Shown: one piece after another, positions 24,598-32,000 of the stretch
Layout: every line of letters starts with the position of its first letter
Position numbering within the stretch: the first letter of the stretch is position 1
The notes under the pieces: model-generated
What the model was told of the DNA's origin: nothing
What the model saw: the letters and a program-made list of their open reading frames with translations, nothing else
Databases searched by the model: none
Sequence record: MG765277.2
Strand: one strand, 5' to 3'
From: Lactobacillus phage Bacchae
Length of the DNA: 32,000 bases
Translations under genes and position numbers: made by a program

Positions 24598-25017
24598 CTA
24601 GCTAACATATCTTTTACCATCTAGCGTGCTGTGACGGTCAGAAATGTTATTCTCGTAGACAGTCACTATGCATTGGCCTGTTATAGAAACTACTAGACAT
24701 AAGTTAACATTACATTCTCTTTTAACGCTGTAATAATGTCTATCACTTCTAATTAATGCTCTTAACTCTTTACCACGTACAATATTAGCTTCAATTACGC
24801 TGTATTCCCCTCTCTCTATACTCTTAACAACATCATATGTAGGCTTTATTTGCTTCGCTATAGCCGTATGAGCAGCATGATTTACCAAAGGAAAGTTATC
24901 ATCAAGCATTGAAGTAATACAATTTATCAGTCTTTCCTGTAGGTTACTGGGTAAATCATTGAAAAGTTTCTTTGTTTGTCCCACAGTTCTCCTAACATTA
25001 CCCTCTACAATAATCAT
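24598..25017 (-). CDS. Hypothetical protein, DUF4258/BECR-RNase-like pattern
   Basis: Start trimmed to MIIVEGNVRRTV...; NHAAHTAIAKQI...DVVKSIERGEYSVI...IVTVYENN. Confidence 0.5.
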   Translation of the reverse strand: MIIVEGNVRRTVGQTKKLFNDLPSNLQERLINCITSMLDDNFPLVNHAAHTAIAKQIKPTYDVVKSIERGEYSVIEANIVRGKELRALIRSDRHYYSVKRECNVNLCLVVSITGQCIVTVYENNISDRHSTLDGKRYVS

Positions 25018-25051
25018 TTTAGTTAACCTCCTTAGTTGATTTAATAATAAA

Positions 25052-25080
25052 AGCATACCATAGTTGATATGCTTTGTCAA
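25052..25080 (-). promoter_or_regulatory. Minus-strand promoter with dyad
   Basis: TTGACA-17-TATGCT; AGCATACC-ATAGTT-GATATGCT on + strand. Confidence 0.75.
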
Positions 25081-25084
25081 TACT

Positions 25085-25354
25085 TTATTTATAAACTGTT
25101 AATACTTGGTAGGCGCCTTTTGAGATAACTAAGGGTGAGCTTAAATGAAGATAATTTGTACCATCCTTTAGTTCATCCTTAGTAAACTCTCTAGATACCC
25201 AAATAAGGTGCTGTTCGTTTTCTAGCGTGCTGAACACAACCAGCTTAATGCCAGTTAATAAATTGTTATTGTTAAAGTCAACCTTAAAAGGGATAGCAAT
25301 TACCCCAGTGTTTCCATCACTACGCCTTGAAGCTAACTCCGTTTTATCATTCAT
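25085..25354 (-). CDS. Hypothetical protein
   Basis: 89 aa ORF. Confidence 0.7.
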   Translation of the reverse strand: MNDKTELASRRSDGNTGVIAIPFKVDFNNNNLLTGIKLVVFSTLENEQHLIWVSREFTKDELKDGTNYLHLSSPLVISKGAYQVLTVYK

Positions 25355-25367
25355 TACGATAACCTCG

Positions 25368-26327
25368 CTAAATCATATTCTTAACTTTTAGTGCTACATA
25401 CTTACGAGCTTGTGCCCGTGATACCCGAATTAATTGTTTAATCTCTGCTGGTAACTCCGGCGATTCTTCAATAGCATCCAGCAGCACCTCAGTCGCCACC
25501 TTATTAGTATTACCATTACGCATCCAGTCAAATGACAACTCACTAGGAAGTTCGCCCTCATCCTGACCTTCTAATACCTTCTTAGATACTCGGGCTAAGG
25601 TTACATTATTATTAATCCACTCAGTTAAGCTAATAGACTCTGAGTGTTCCTTAACGTGCTTGGACTCTTTAAAGGTAGCATTGACTAGCTTAATCCGCAA
25701 GGGGCCTGTAGTAGTCTGTGAAGTAGGTACTGTCTTGCTTAAATCAGTAACTACAATACCTTCCATATTACCACTGGCTGAGTAATTAGACTTATCAGAA
25801 TATTTAGCTTGAATCTTAGGTAAGTCATTGAACCCAATTCCAGTAACGTTATCCTCTAATAAAGGTGCCATTTCAATTCCATCTACCCCGTATAATACAT
25901 CCTTATATAGCTTTTCAGCCTCATGGTATCCTAGATACTTATGAGACGATTTATCGTACACGTCAAACAGATACCACTTGTGATAGTATTCATCCTTATA
26001 CTGTACTCGGTGCTTAGTTAACCATTCGCCAAACACAATGTAGTTATCTCCAATGTGCTTTAAATAATCTGCGTTATCATTAACGAATCCATAGAATCCA
26101 TTTAGTTTTTTATTGGCGTCTAGTTCTCCTTTATGGGAGTAGGACTTAACCTCGCCATTAAGTACCTCTACAGACGCATTAGAACCATCCAGCTTTTCAG
26201 TAATGACTAAAGTGTCTTCCGGTTCAATAGTAATAACTTCTTTATTCTCATTAGATAACTTATTTTCAAACAATTGTTCATTTTCATAAGCATTAATCTT
26301 TTGGAATTTACGCATATTGGCATTCAC
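25368..26327 (-). CDS. RNA ligase (T4 Rnl2-like nucleotidyltransferase)
   Basis: Motif I EKLDGSNASV; FGEWLTKHRVQY; DGIEMAP; MEGIVV; LRIKLVNATFKE. Confidence 0.85.
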   Translation of the reverse strand: MNANMRKFQKINAYENEQLFENKLSNENKEVITIEPEDTLVITEKLDGSNASVEVLNGEVKSYSHKGELDANKKLNGFYGFVNDNADYLKHIGDNYIVFGEWLTKHRVQYKDEYYHKWYLFDVYDKSSHKYLGYHEAEKLYKDVLYGVDGIEMAPLLEDNVTGIGFNDLPKIQAKYSDKSNYSASGNMEGIVVTDLSKTVPTSQTTTGPLRIKLVNATFKESKHVKEHSESISLTEWINNNVTLARVSKKVLEGQDEGELPSELSFDWMRNGNTNKVATEVLLDAIEESPELPAEIKQLIRVSRAQARKYVALKVKNMI

Positions 26328-26630
26328 CTACTTTTCTAGTAGTCCATTAACATACTTGATATTTACCTTTAATTGGTCAATATAATCTTGTACACTAATA
26401 ACTTTATCTTTGTTCTTAGCAATTACTTCTTCCTTAGCATAGTTACTTAAAGCATTACCTAGACTAGGATAGTATCCAACTGTAGCTGGACTTGGCTTAG
26501 CCTCTTTAGTCTTAGAGTCAACCGTAGTGAACACTTTACCTTTATTGTCCAATCTGCGTTGTAACATCCAGTTACTATGATTAGACACAACAACTTGGTA
26601 ATTTCCATCAATATCAATAGTGGTAGCCAT
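26328..26630 (-). CDS. Hypothetical protein (possibly DUF5405-like)
   Basis: Start trimmed to MATTIDIDGNYQVVVSNHSNW... Confidence 0.6.
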   Translation of the reverse strand: MATTIDIDGNYQVVVSNHSNWMLQRRLDNKGKVFTTVDSKTKEAKPSPATVGYYPSLGNALSNYAKEEVIAKNKDKVISVQDYIDQLKVNIKYVNGLLEK

Positions 26631-26931
26631 TATTAAGCATCTCCCTTTCAATTTGTTTATAGTTAACAGTGTCGACAGTATAACTTCCGTTAATAACAAC
26701 TAGCACCCCACCAAACATACTCATTAACTTATTGGCAACTTCAATTTCGCTGTCAGTCAGTGACTTTAACCTAATTGCATCCAGCGGGTTATTAGATAGA
26801 TATTCAGAACACAGCGTAGACGTATAAATTGCTTGCACCTCTGATAGATAGCCTCCCGGGAACTTAATAGCGTATCTCATAATAGCACTCTTGTCATAGT
26901 GAGAATCATTAAACTCATTCATTGTCATCAC
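26614..26931 (-). CDS. Hypothetical protein
   Basis: 105 aa ORF; overlaps neighbours. Confidence 0.65.
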   Translation of the reverse strand: MMTMNEFNDSHYDKSAIMRYAIKFPGGYLSEVQAIYTSTLCSEYLSNNPLDAIRLKSLTDSEIEVANKLMSMFGGVLVVINGSYTVDTVNYKQIEREMLNNGYHY

Positions 26932-27154
26932 TCTTTTCCAATAGTTTAATCCATCGTTCTAAATACCATTTAGCCTTATTCAAATCTTCTATCTTGTTTT
27001 TCTTATAAGGTGCTCGCAAAATGTATTTAACAACGTTAAAGAATAGGCCGCCTTCAAATGGCTTAATAGGGGCTCCTTCTAGCTGGTCTTCAATAATATT
27101 AATTACTTCTAGCTTCCCATGATTATAATGCTCTGGGTGGTTTACCATGCTCAT
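26915..27154 (-). CDS. DUF3310-like phage nucleotide kinase-associated protein
   Basis: NHPEHYNHGKLEVINIIED...NVVKYILRAPYKKNKIEDLNKAKWYLE. Confidence 0.85.
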   Translation of the reverse strand: MSMVNHPEHYNHGKLEVINIIEDQLEGAPIKPFEGGLFFNVVKYILRAPYKKNKIEDLNKAKWYLERWIKLLEKSDDNE

Positions 27155-27157
27155 GAC

Positions 27158-27406
27158 TTATTCTCCTTCTCCAGATTCAATAATACTTGTCATTGCTTCA
27201 ATTTTGTTTTTTAGTGAATTGATACTTAGCGCTTGCTCTCGCTTAGAATCACTACTTCGTGGTCGATGGCGTTGTACGTCTACTAATTGCCACTCAGTCA
27301 ATTTTAGTAGTACCTTAGCTTGACCAATATTGTCAAAAACTACTTGACCATTTTTAATCAAACTGTTTTCATATTTAGCCATATAATCCATATAGTTAAT
27401 TACCAT
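27158..27406 (-). CDS. Hypothetical protein
   Basis: 82 aa ORF. Confidence 0.7.
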   Translation of the reverse strand: MVINYMDYMAKYENSLIKNGQVVFDNIGQAKVLLKLTEWQLVDVQRHRPRSSDSKREQALSINSLKNKIEAMTSIIESGEGE

Positions 27407-27627
27407 TTGTTTGTGTCCCTCTTTCGGTTTCGAGTTACAACTAATGTAATACTGTTTGGAATTGTTACTAGCTCAGTTATTACTATTAGTTCCCAGACAA
27501 AATTAGTTTTCATAAATAGGAGAAATAGAACTAACATAATAATTAAATTAATACCAATAACCTCTCCTAATAATGATAAAGGCCCCTGATACCTTTTGCG
27601 CTTATACTTCTTAATATATTTATCCAT
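27400..27627 (-). CDS. Small membrane protein
   Basis: Central TM LLGEVIGINLIIMLVLFLLFM. Confidence 0.7.
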   Translation of the reverse strand: MDKYIKKYKRKRYQGPLSLLGEVIGINLIIMLVLFLLFMKTNFVWELIVITELVTIPNSITLVVTRNRKRDTNKW

Positions 27628-27629
27628 AA

Positions 27630-27977
27630 TTAGTACCCGTATACATTACTGATAAACAGCTTATTTGACAGATTTACTCGGCTTTCATTAATATTCTTTA
27701 AGTAGTAGTCCTTGATAGTAGATAATAATGATTCTAAATTTTCAAGCTTGTCAAAACGAGTTACAGCCGAACCCAGCATACGGTGGTTGTAAACACTGAC
27801 TTGCACTTTATCTTTTGATTTGTAGACTTTTAACCCTTCATAATTAGGGTCAATACTCAAAGCATCTGATAGGAAAGCACATTGTGTAGTCTCATCAATT
27901 GTTAACCCGGTTGTTTCCAGATACCGCTTGCTTTCCTTACCGTTAACCGATTTTGCTAATTTACTTAATTTAATCAT
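27630..27977 (-). CDS. Hypothetical protein
   Basis: 115 aa ORF, AAGGAG RBS; TTGACA-17-TAATAT promoter upstream at about 28011-28039. Confidence 0.75.
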   Translation of the reverse strand: MIKLSKLAKSVNGKESKRYLETTGLTIDETTQCAFLSDALSIDPNYEGLKVYKSKDKVQVSVYNHRMLGSAVTRFDKLENLESLLSTIKDYYLKNINESRVNLSNKLFISNVYGY

Positions 27978-28043
27978 ATTAATATATCTCCTTTTATATT
28001 TAATAAGTTAATATTATCACTGTTATTTATTGGTGTCAACCTT

Positions 28044-28211
28044 TTATCTTAATGTTTCAATTAAAAACGTTATTAATACAAATAGTAGAATTGCAACTAA
28101 TACAAATGCTAGTCCACATATCATAGCAAACATTAGGGAGCCCCATCCTAGCTGTGCAAACAAAATAATTAATGCAAGCCATAATATTGCGATAATTGTT
28201 ACAGTCTCCAT
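28044..28211 (-). CDS. Small two-TM membrane protein
   Basis: Start trimmed to METVTIIAILWLALII... after AAGGAG. Confidence 0.7.
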   Translation of the reverse strand: METVTIIAILWLALIILFAQLGWGSLMFAMICGLAFVLVAILLFVLITFLIETLR

Positions 28212-28243
28212 GTATAACTCCTTCTTTCCTTTGTATACTAAAA

Positions 28244-28272
28244 AGGATACCATTTCTGGTATCCTATGTCAA
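28244..28272 (-). promoter_or_regulatory. Minus-strand promoter with perfect embedded dyad
   Basis: TTGACA-17-TATCCT; AGGATACC-ATTTCT-GGTATCCT (28244-28265). Confidence 0.8.
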
Positions 28273-28276
28273 CATG

Positions 28277-28591
28277 TTATCTAAATGTTTTTAAAAGTAT
28301 TTTATCAATCATCTGTGGAGAAGGTTTATCATCTAGTATTCTGGCAATTACATATGGTAGCTGTCTACGCTTTTCAATGTTTGGAATATTAAGGTTAGCT
28401 CTAAAGGGGTCTAAGCATAAATCATAATAAGTTTCTGTACAATAGAACACCTTCTCTAATTCATCTTTATCATCACTATAGTTAGTTGGTAAATCATTTA
28501 CATAGGTATCAAATGGTTCAATCTTGTCAAAATAAGCTCTTAATGCTGGCAATTCCACATCGCCAGTAGTTAATATTAAAATAGGTTTCAT
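28277..28591 (-). CDS. Hypothetical protein
   Basis: Start trimmed to MKPILILTTGDVELPALRAYF...; removes the overlap with the helicase gene. Confidence 0.7.
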   Translation of the reverse strand: MKPILILTTGDVELPALRAYFDKIEPFDTYVNDLPTNYSDDKDELEKVFYCTETYYDLCLDPFRANLNIPNIEKRRQLPYVIARILDDKPSPQMIDKILLKTFR

Positions 28592-28604
28592 CACTGGACC
28601 TCCT

Positions 28605-30401
28605 TTACTTAACTTCAAATTTTTGGTCTTTATAATATTTAACACGTTGTTTAGCCTGATTAAATAAATATTCAGCGTTCCTATCAATGATATCAAATAT
28701 ATATACTTCATGCTTATCTGCTGATATACGGAGTAAACGACCAATTCTTTGAAGAGTCTGAACAAATGATTTTCCGGCACTAGCATAAATCATATAACGA
28801 ATATTTGGGATGTCGATACCTTCGTCCATCACTTTAGTACCAATAAGAACTTTTAATTCTCCAGAGCGAACCCGGTTTAATATGTCGGTGCGCTCCTCTG
28901 TAGTATTTTTCCCTTGAATGAAAGCATACTCGGTATCAGTTTTTCCTAAATATTCAGCGATGTTCTCCCCATGTTCAATAGAGTTAACTACAATAAGTAC
29001 AGCTCCGTTATCAAGGCTAGACAACTTACTTCCTAGTTCAGCTATCAGCTTATTCCTGTCTTCATTATTAGTTATACCTATTTGGTAAGTCAGCTGGTAT
29101 TTAACTAGACTCTCTTGGTTGCTTGGGGTTCCTTTTGGAATGCTGCGATTGACTTGTTTTTCTAAATCGACTGGTTTATTGAAGTCAACTAGCTTGATAT
29201 GGGGTCTTGCAGATACCCCTTGTTCAATCATCTGGTGATTGTCAATGTCATAAATAACATCCCCAAGAATGCTTTTAATTTTAGCCATCTCCACCTTTTT
29301 ACCTTTATCTAAGGTACCGGTCAACCCAATTCTCAAACGAGCATTAGGTAAGAATTTAAAGGCTTCCTGATATGAGTCAGAGGAAGCGTGTTGGCATTCG
29401 TCAACCATAACAATCTTTACATGTGATAAGTATTCTACTGCAACATTATATTTGTCAAACCCTTTAGCGTTCTTCTTAGCAATTAATTTATTGTATCGCT
29501 TTTTAAAGCTTTCAAAATATTTGATAACAGCTTTATCAGAATCCAAAGAAACTGCAAGTGAAGCTAGCTCTTGTTTGTCATCTATTTCATACTTATACTT
29601 AGGTTTAAAATTCTTAGCATACCCTTTTAACGACTGCCTAGGATTAACCGAATCAAGAATATCTTTAGCATATACAGTTGCCATTCGCTTTAGTAGCTTA
29701 TCTTTGGCAGAAGTTAGCTTAACAGCATCCTCAGGGTTCTTAAGGGCTTTGTTAAGCGTCTGAATAGTAGCACAGGTAACTTGCTTAAGGTCACGATTAC
29801 CGTCTCCCCATAGACCCACAGGCACTCCTAAATACCCTTCCATATTCTTGTGAACTTGATTCATAATAGAAGTATTAGGTGCAATAAACAAAACATTGTC
29901 AGTGCTATCTAATTCTGGTAAAACTTTAGCAATAGATGTAATAGAAATTAATGTCTTACCGGCGTTAGTTGCAGCTAGCACAATCCCTGTTTGATTAGCA
30001 TAAACAGATTTAATCGCTTCTAACTGATAATCACGAATGGTTACTTTTCTAACCCCTTCACCCTGCATCACAACTTCTTCTGGTAGAGATTTGCTAGGTG
30101 CAATCTTCCTTCCTCTAGCATCCTCTAATGAATACTTGATATAGGCATTCTTATTCTGTTCCCGTTGTAATAGCAGTAGTAGGTCGCTTACTAGTCCCGT
30201 AGGTACTAAGTTATTATCTAAATCACATAAGTTAACCCGACCATCCCATGTATGATACTTTCTAAAAGAAGCCTTCCTAAACCGGTTAGGGTCTAATGGG
30301 TCTAACTCTTCATGGATTCTATCTTTTATATATTTTATAAATCTATCAGTTTCAGTATCAAAATAAATTTTGGCATAGCTATTACCTATGGTTATTTTCA
30401 A
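28605..30401 (-). CDS. SF2 DEAD/DEAH-type helicase, UvsW-like
   Basis: Motif I AATNAGKT, II VDECQH, III GLTGT, VI QRIGRLLR; N-terminal domain FRKYHTWDGRVNL. Confidence 0.9.
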   Translation of the reverse strand: MKITIGNSYAKIYFDTETDRFIKYIKDRIHEELDPLDPNRFRKASFRKYHTWDGRVNLCDLDNNLVPTGLVSDLLLLLQREQNKNAYIKYSLEDARGRKIAPSKSLPEEVVMQGEGVRKVTIRDYQLEAIKSVYANQTGIVLAATNAGKTLISITSIAKVLPELDSTDNVLFIAPNTSIMNQVHKNMEGYLGVPVGLWGDGNRDLKQVTCATIQTLNKALKNPEDAVKLTSAKDKLLKRMATVYAKDILDSVNPRQSLKGYAKNFKPKYKYEIDDKQELASLAVSLDSDKAVIKYFESFKKRYNKLIAKKNAKGFDKYNVAVEYLSHVKIVMVDECQHASSDSYQEAFKFLPNARLRIGLTGTLDKGKKVEMAKIKSILGDVIYDIDNHQMIEQGVSARPHIKLVDFNKPVDLEKQVNRSIPKGTPSNQESLVKYQLTYQIGITNNEDRNKLIAELGSKLSSLDNGAVLIVVNSIEHGENIAEYLGKTDTEYAFIQGKNTTEERTDILNRVRSGELKVLIGTKVMDEGIDIPNIRYMIYASAGKSFVQTLQRIGRLLRISADKHEVYIFDIIDRNAEYLFNQAKQRVKYYKDQKFEVK

Positions 30402-30804
30402 CAGATGCTACCTCCAATTCTAATCCTAAATCATTAATGATAGTTGTAGCTTGACTATCTGATAAGTATAAAACTTTATCCATTAACTTCTTCTTAAGAT
30501 TGATGCGTTTAGCTACCATTAAATTTAGCCCAATATAAGTTCGTGCCGAGCTGTACTTGTCTTGCTCAAACTTATAACTCTCAAAAGGCCAATTATTATA
30601 AATTTCCTGTTTGTTAACACTTTGGCTTACTATTAATGGAACTATTATATTAACTATCAAATCCTCAGGGTCCGAGGAAGCTCCTATGAATTTATCTGAT
30701 AGTCCATCTCGATTACAATATAGTAATTTATTAGGAGTATCCGTAAAATAATACTCACCTGCATGGTCTTTGTATAAATAAAACAACTTGGCTACACCCC
30801 ACAT
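30382..30804 (-). CDS. Hypothetical protein
   Basis: Likely start MWGVAKLFYLYKD...; overlaps the helicase start. Confidence 0.6.
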   Translation of the reverse strand: MWGVAKLFYLYKDHAGEYYFTDTPNKLLYCNRDGLSDKFIGASSDPEDLIVNIIVPLIVSQSVNKQEIYNNWPFESYKFEQDKYSSARTYIGLNLMVAKRINLKKKLMDKVLYLSDSQATTIINDLGLELEVASVENNHR

Positions 30805-30875
30805 TTTAATCAATACTATATTATAACACAGTATTAGCAGGTTTGCAACCAAATTGTTTAATTGTAATTAAATTG

Positions 30876-31214
30876 TTATAAAGCTAAACATACTTTTAAA
30901 GCCTGTTCCATCTTACTTTCTTCCTCTTTGCTAATATGACCAATATATTCAACTAAATCAGCTTTATTAACGGTAACAATAGCTTCAGTTAGCCCTAAAC
31001 TTTTTCTAGGTGTTTCCTTAACAATAAAATGTGTTGGCAACGGTACTTTGTGTTGGGTTGTTAGTGGTACTACAATTGTGTTGGGGCTATGCAGATTCCC
31101 TAAATTATTTTGCACAACTACACAAGGCCGTCTCCCAGATTGGATATGGCTCCATGATGGTTGTTCTGGTAAATTAATGTAGTAAATATCCCCACGTTCT
31201 AAATCATTATTCAT
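30876..31214 (-). CDS. MazF/PemK-family protein
   Basis: RGDIYYINLPE...GRRPCVVVQNN..N..SPNTIVVPLTT...LTEAIVTVNKADLVEYIGHIS. Confidence 0.9.
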   Translation of the reverse strand: MNNDLERGDIYYINLPEQPSWSHIQSGRRPCVVVQNNLGNLHSPNTIVVPLTTQHKVPLPTHFIVKETPRKSLGLTEAIVTVNKADLVEYIGHISKEEESKMEQALKVCLAL

Positions 31215-31248
31215 TATAATAACTTCCTCTCTTTCATCTATAATAAAA

Positions 31249-31277
31249 GGATACCATTTCTGGCACCCTTTGTCAAC
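31249..31277 (-). promoter_or_regulatory. Promoter of the MazF-like gene with dyad
   Basis: TTGACA-17-TATCCT; AGGATACC-ATTTCT-GGCACCCT. Confidence 0.75.
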
Positions 31278-31279
31278 AC

Positions 31280-31459
31280 TTAATCGTGAGTTTCTTCATC
31301 GTAATATTCGTATTCTTCCATAACATCTATAGTTTCATAAGCATCTTCAAGTTCATTATTTAATGCTTCATTTTCTTCTTCTAATTCTTCAACTCGCTGC
31401 TCCAAGTAGTTTATACGGTCATACATCTCTTGGTTGCTTGCAAATGGTTCCTTATTCAT
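31280..31459 (-). CDS. Very acidic coiled-coil protein
   Basis: MNKEPFASNQEMYDRINYLEQRVEELEEENEALNNELEDAYETIDVMEEYEYYDEETHD; AGGAG RBS. Confidence 0.7.
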   Translation of the reverse strand: MNKEPFASNQEMYDRINYLEQRVEELEEENEALNNELEDAYETIDVMEEYEYYDEETHD

Positions 31460-31634
31460 TGCCTTCATCTCCTAAAATATTATTGATTAGTTTTGTTGCG
31501 GTTTCGTTGGTGAATGAAATTTCATTAGCCTTATCAAAATTATGATAAACAAACTCTTAACTCTCCAAAAATTGCTTAATAAGTAGAAGTCTTAATATCC
31601 TAATACCGATTTCCATGTTTCTTTCAAAATAAAA

Positions 31635-31677
31635 CCCCCTATTAATTTATATGGTAATTATACCAGTTAATAGAGGG
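31635..31677 (-). terminator. Terminator hairpin downstream of 31688 gene
   Basis: - strand CCCTCTATTAA...TTAATAGGGGGTTTT. Confidence 0.6.
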
Positions 31678-31687
31678 TTTGTAAATA

Positions 31688-31993
31688 CTATTTAGTTAAT
31701 TTTTTCTTATTTCGGTAATAGTTAATGTTGAATGGATATTGTTCATACCAGCTTGATACGGTGAATGCAATAATATCATTAGCAAAGTAAATAAGCGTAC
31801 CTACTAACATAATAACTGATGTGTCACCCTGCAAGAAACTTGTTCCCCAAGTCCAAATAGCAAACAGTGAGGTGCTAGCCCACAAAATATATTGCCAACG
31901 GTACTTCATTAGGCATAATACAGAGGCTGCAAGTGAAACACCAAATAATGAAGCATTTTGAACCATTCGTGGTGTATGCAGAGCGTAGGTCAC
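31688..31993 (-). CDS. Multi-TM membrane protein, possibly the C-terminal part of a PnuC-like nicotinamide riboside/NMN transporter (runs toward the window edge)
   Basis: SLFGVSLAASVLCLMKYRWQYILWASTSLFAIWTWG...SVIMLVGTLIYFANDIIAFTVSSWYE. Confidence 0.4.
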   Translation of the reverse strand: MTYALHTPRMVQNASLFGVSLAASVLCLMKYRWQYILWASTSLFAIWTWGTSFLQGDTSVIMLVGTLIYFANDIIAFTVSSWYEQYPFNINYYRNKKKLTK

Positions 31994-32000
31994 TAGAAGA

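Noticed and set aside
28605-30401. Helicase as part of a restriction/defence system
   Set aside because: No adjacent nuclease or methylase; gene layout and N-terminal domain fit an ordinary UvsW-like phage recombination/replication helicase.
1-32000. tRNA genes or mobile elements (IS, group I introns, HNH endonucleases)
   Set aside because: No cloverleaf with CCA-compatible arms, transposase or homing-endonuclease motifs recognised by eye; a tRNAscan-SE and Infernal run would be decisive.

Overview
This 32 kb window looks like an early/accessory region of a large virulent phage of a lactobacillus-type Gram-positive host. That assignment is inferred from AT-rich DNA, strong AGGAGG ribosome-binding sites, dense small ORFs and gene types; I had no database to check it. 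Layout: (1) 1-4.2 kb, + strand, seven ORFs of unclear function. (2) 4.5-17.0 kb, + strand, a long series of mostly single tiny genes. Most are preceded by a near-identical cassette (TTGACA, 17 bp, TATAAT-like box, TTAAGACATTAAATAAG, RBS, ACATTATG), and the series is interrupted by several 0.6-0.9 kb non-coding, repeat-rich stretches. (3) 17.7-32 kb, - strand, a compact gene run that includes a MazG-like pyrophosphohydrolase, an Rnl2-like RNA ligase, a UvsW-like SF2 helicase, a MazF/PemK-like protein, YopX-, DUF3310-, DUF1642- and DUF2628-like proteins, and a row of four related Tad2/DUF2829-like proteins. The most striking observations are: three chromosomal-type parS palindromes (TGTTTCACGTGAAACA, two exact and one single-mismatch) in intergenic/leader positions; the monocistronic promoter-cassette array; the four-member Tad2-like array with a shared extra C-terminal domain; promoters whose -35/-10 spacer holds an 8-6-8 dyad; an iteron-like repeat block at 15.2-15.4 kb; and a facing promoter pair with no ORF at 13.3-13.6 kb. 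No tRNA, rRNA, CRISPR array or transposon was recognised.
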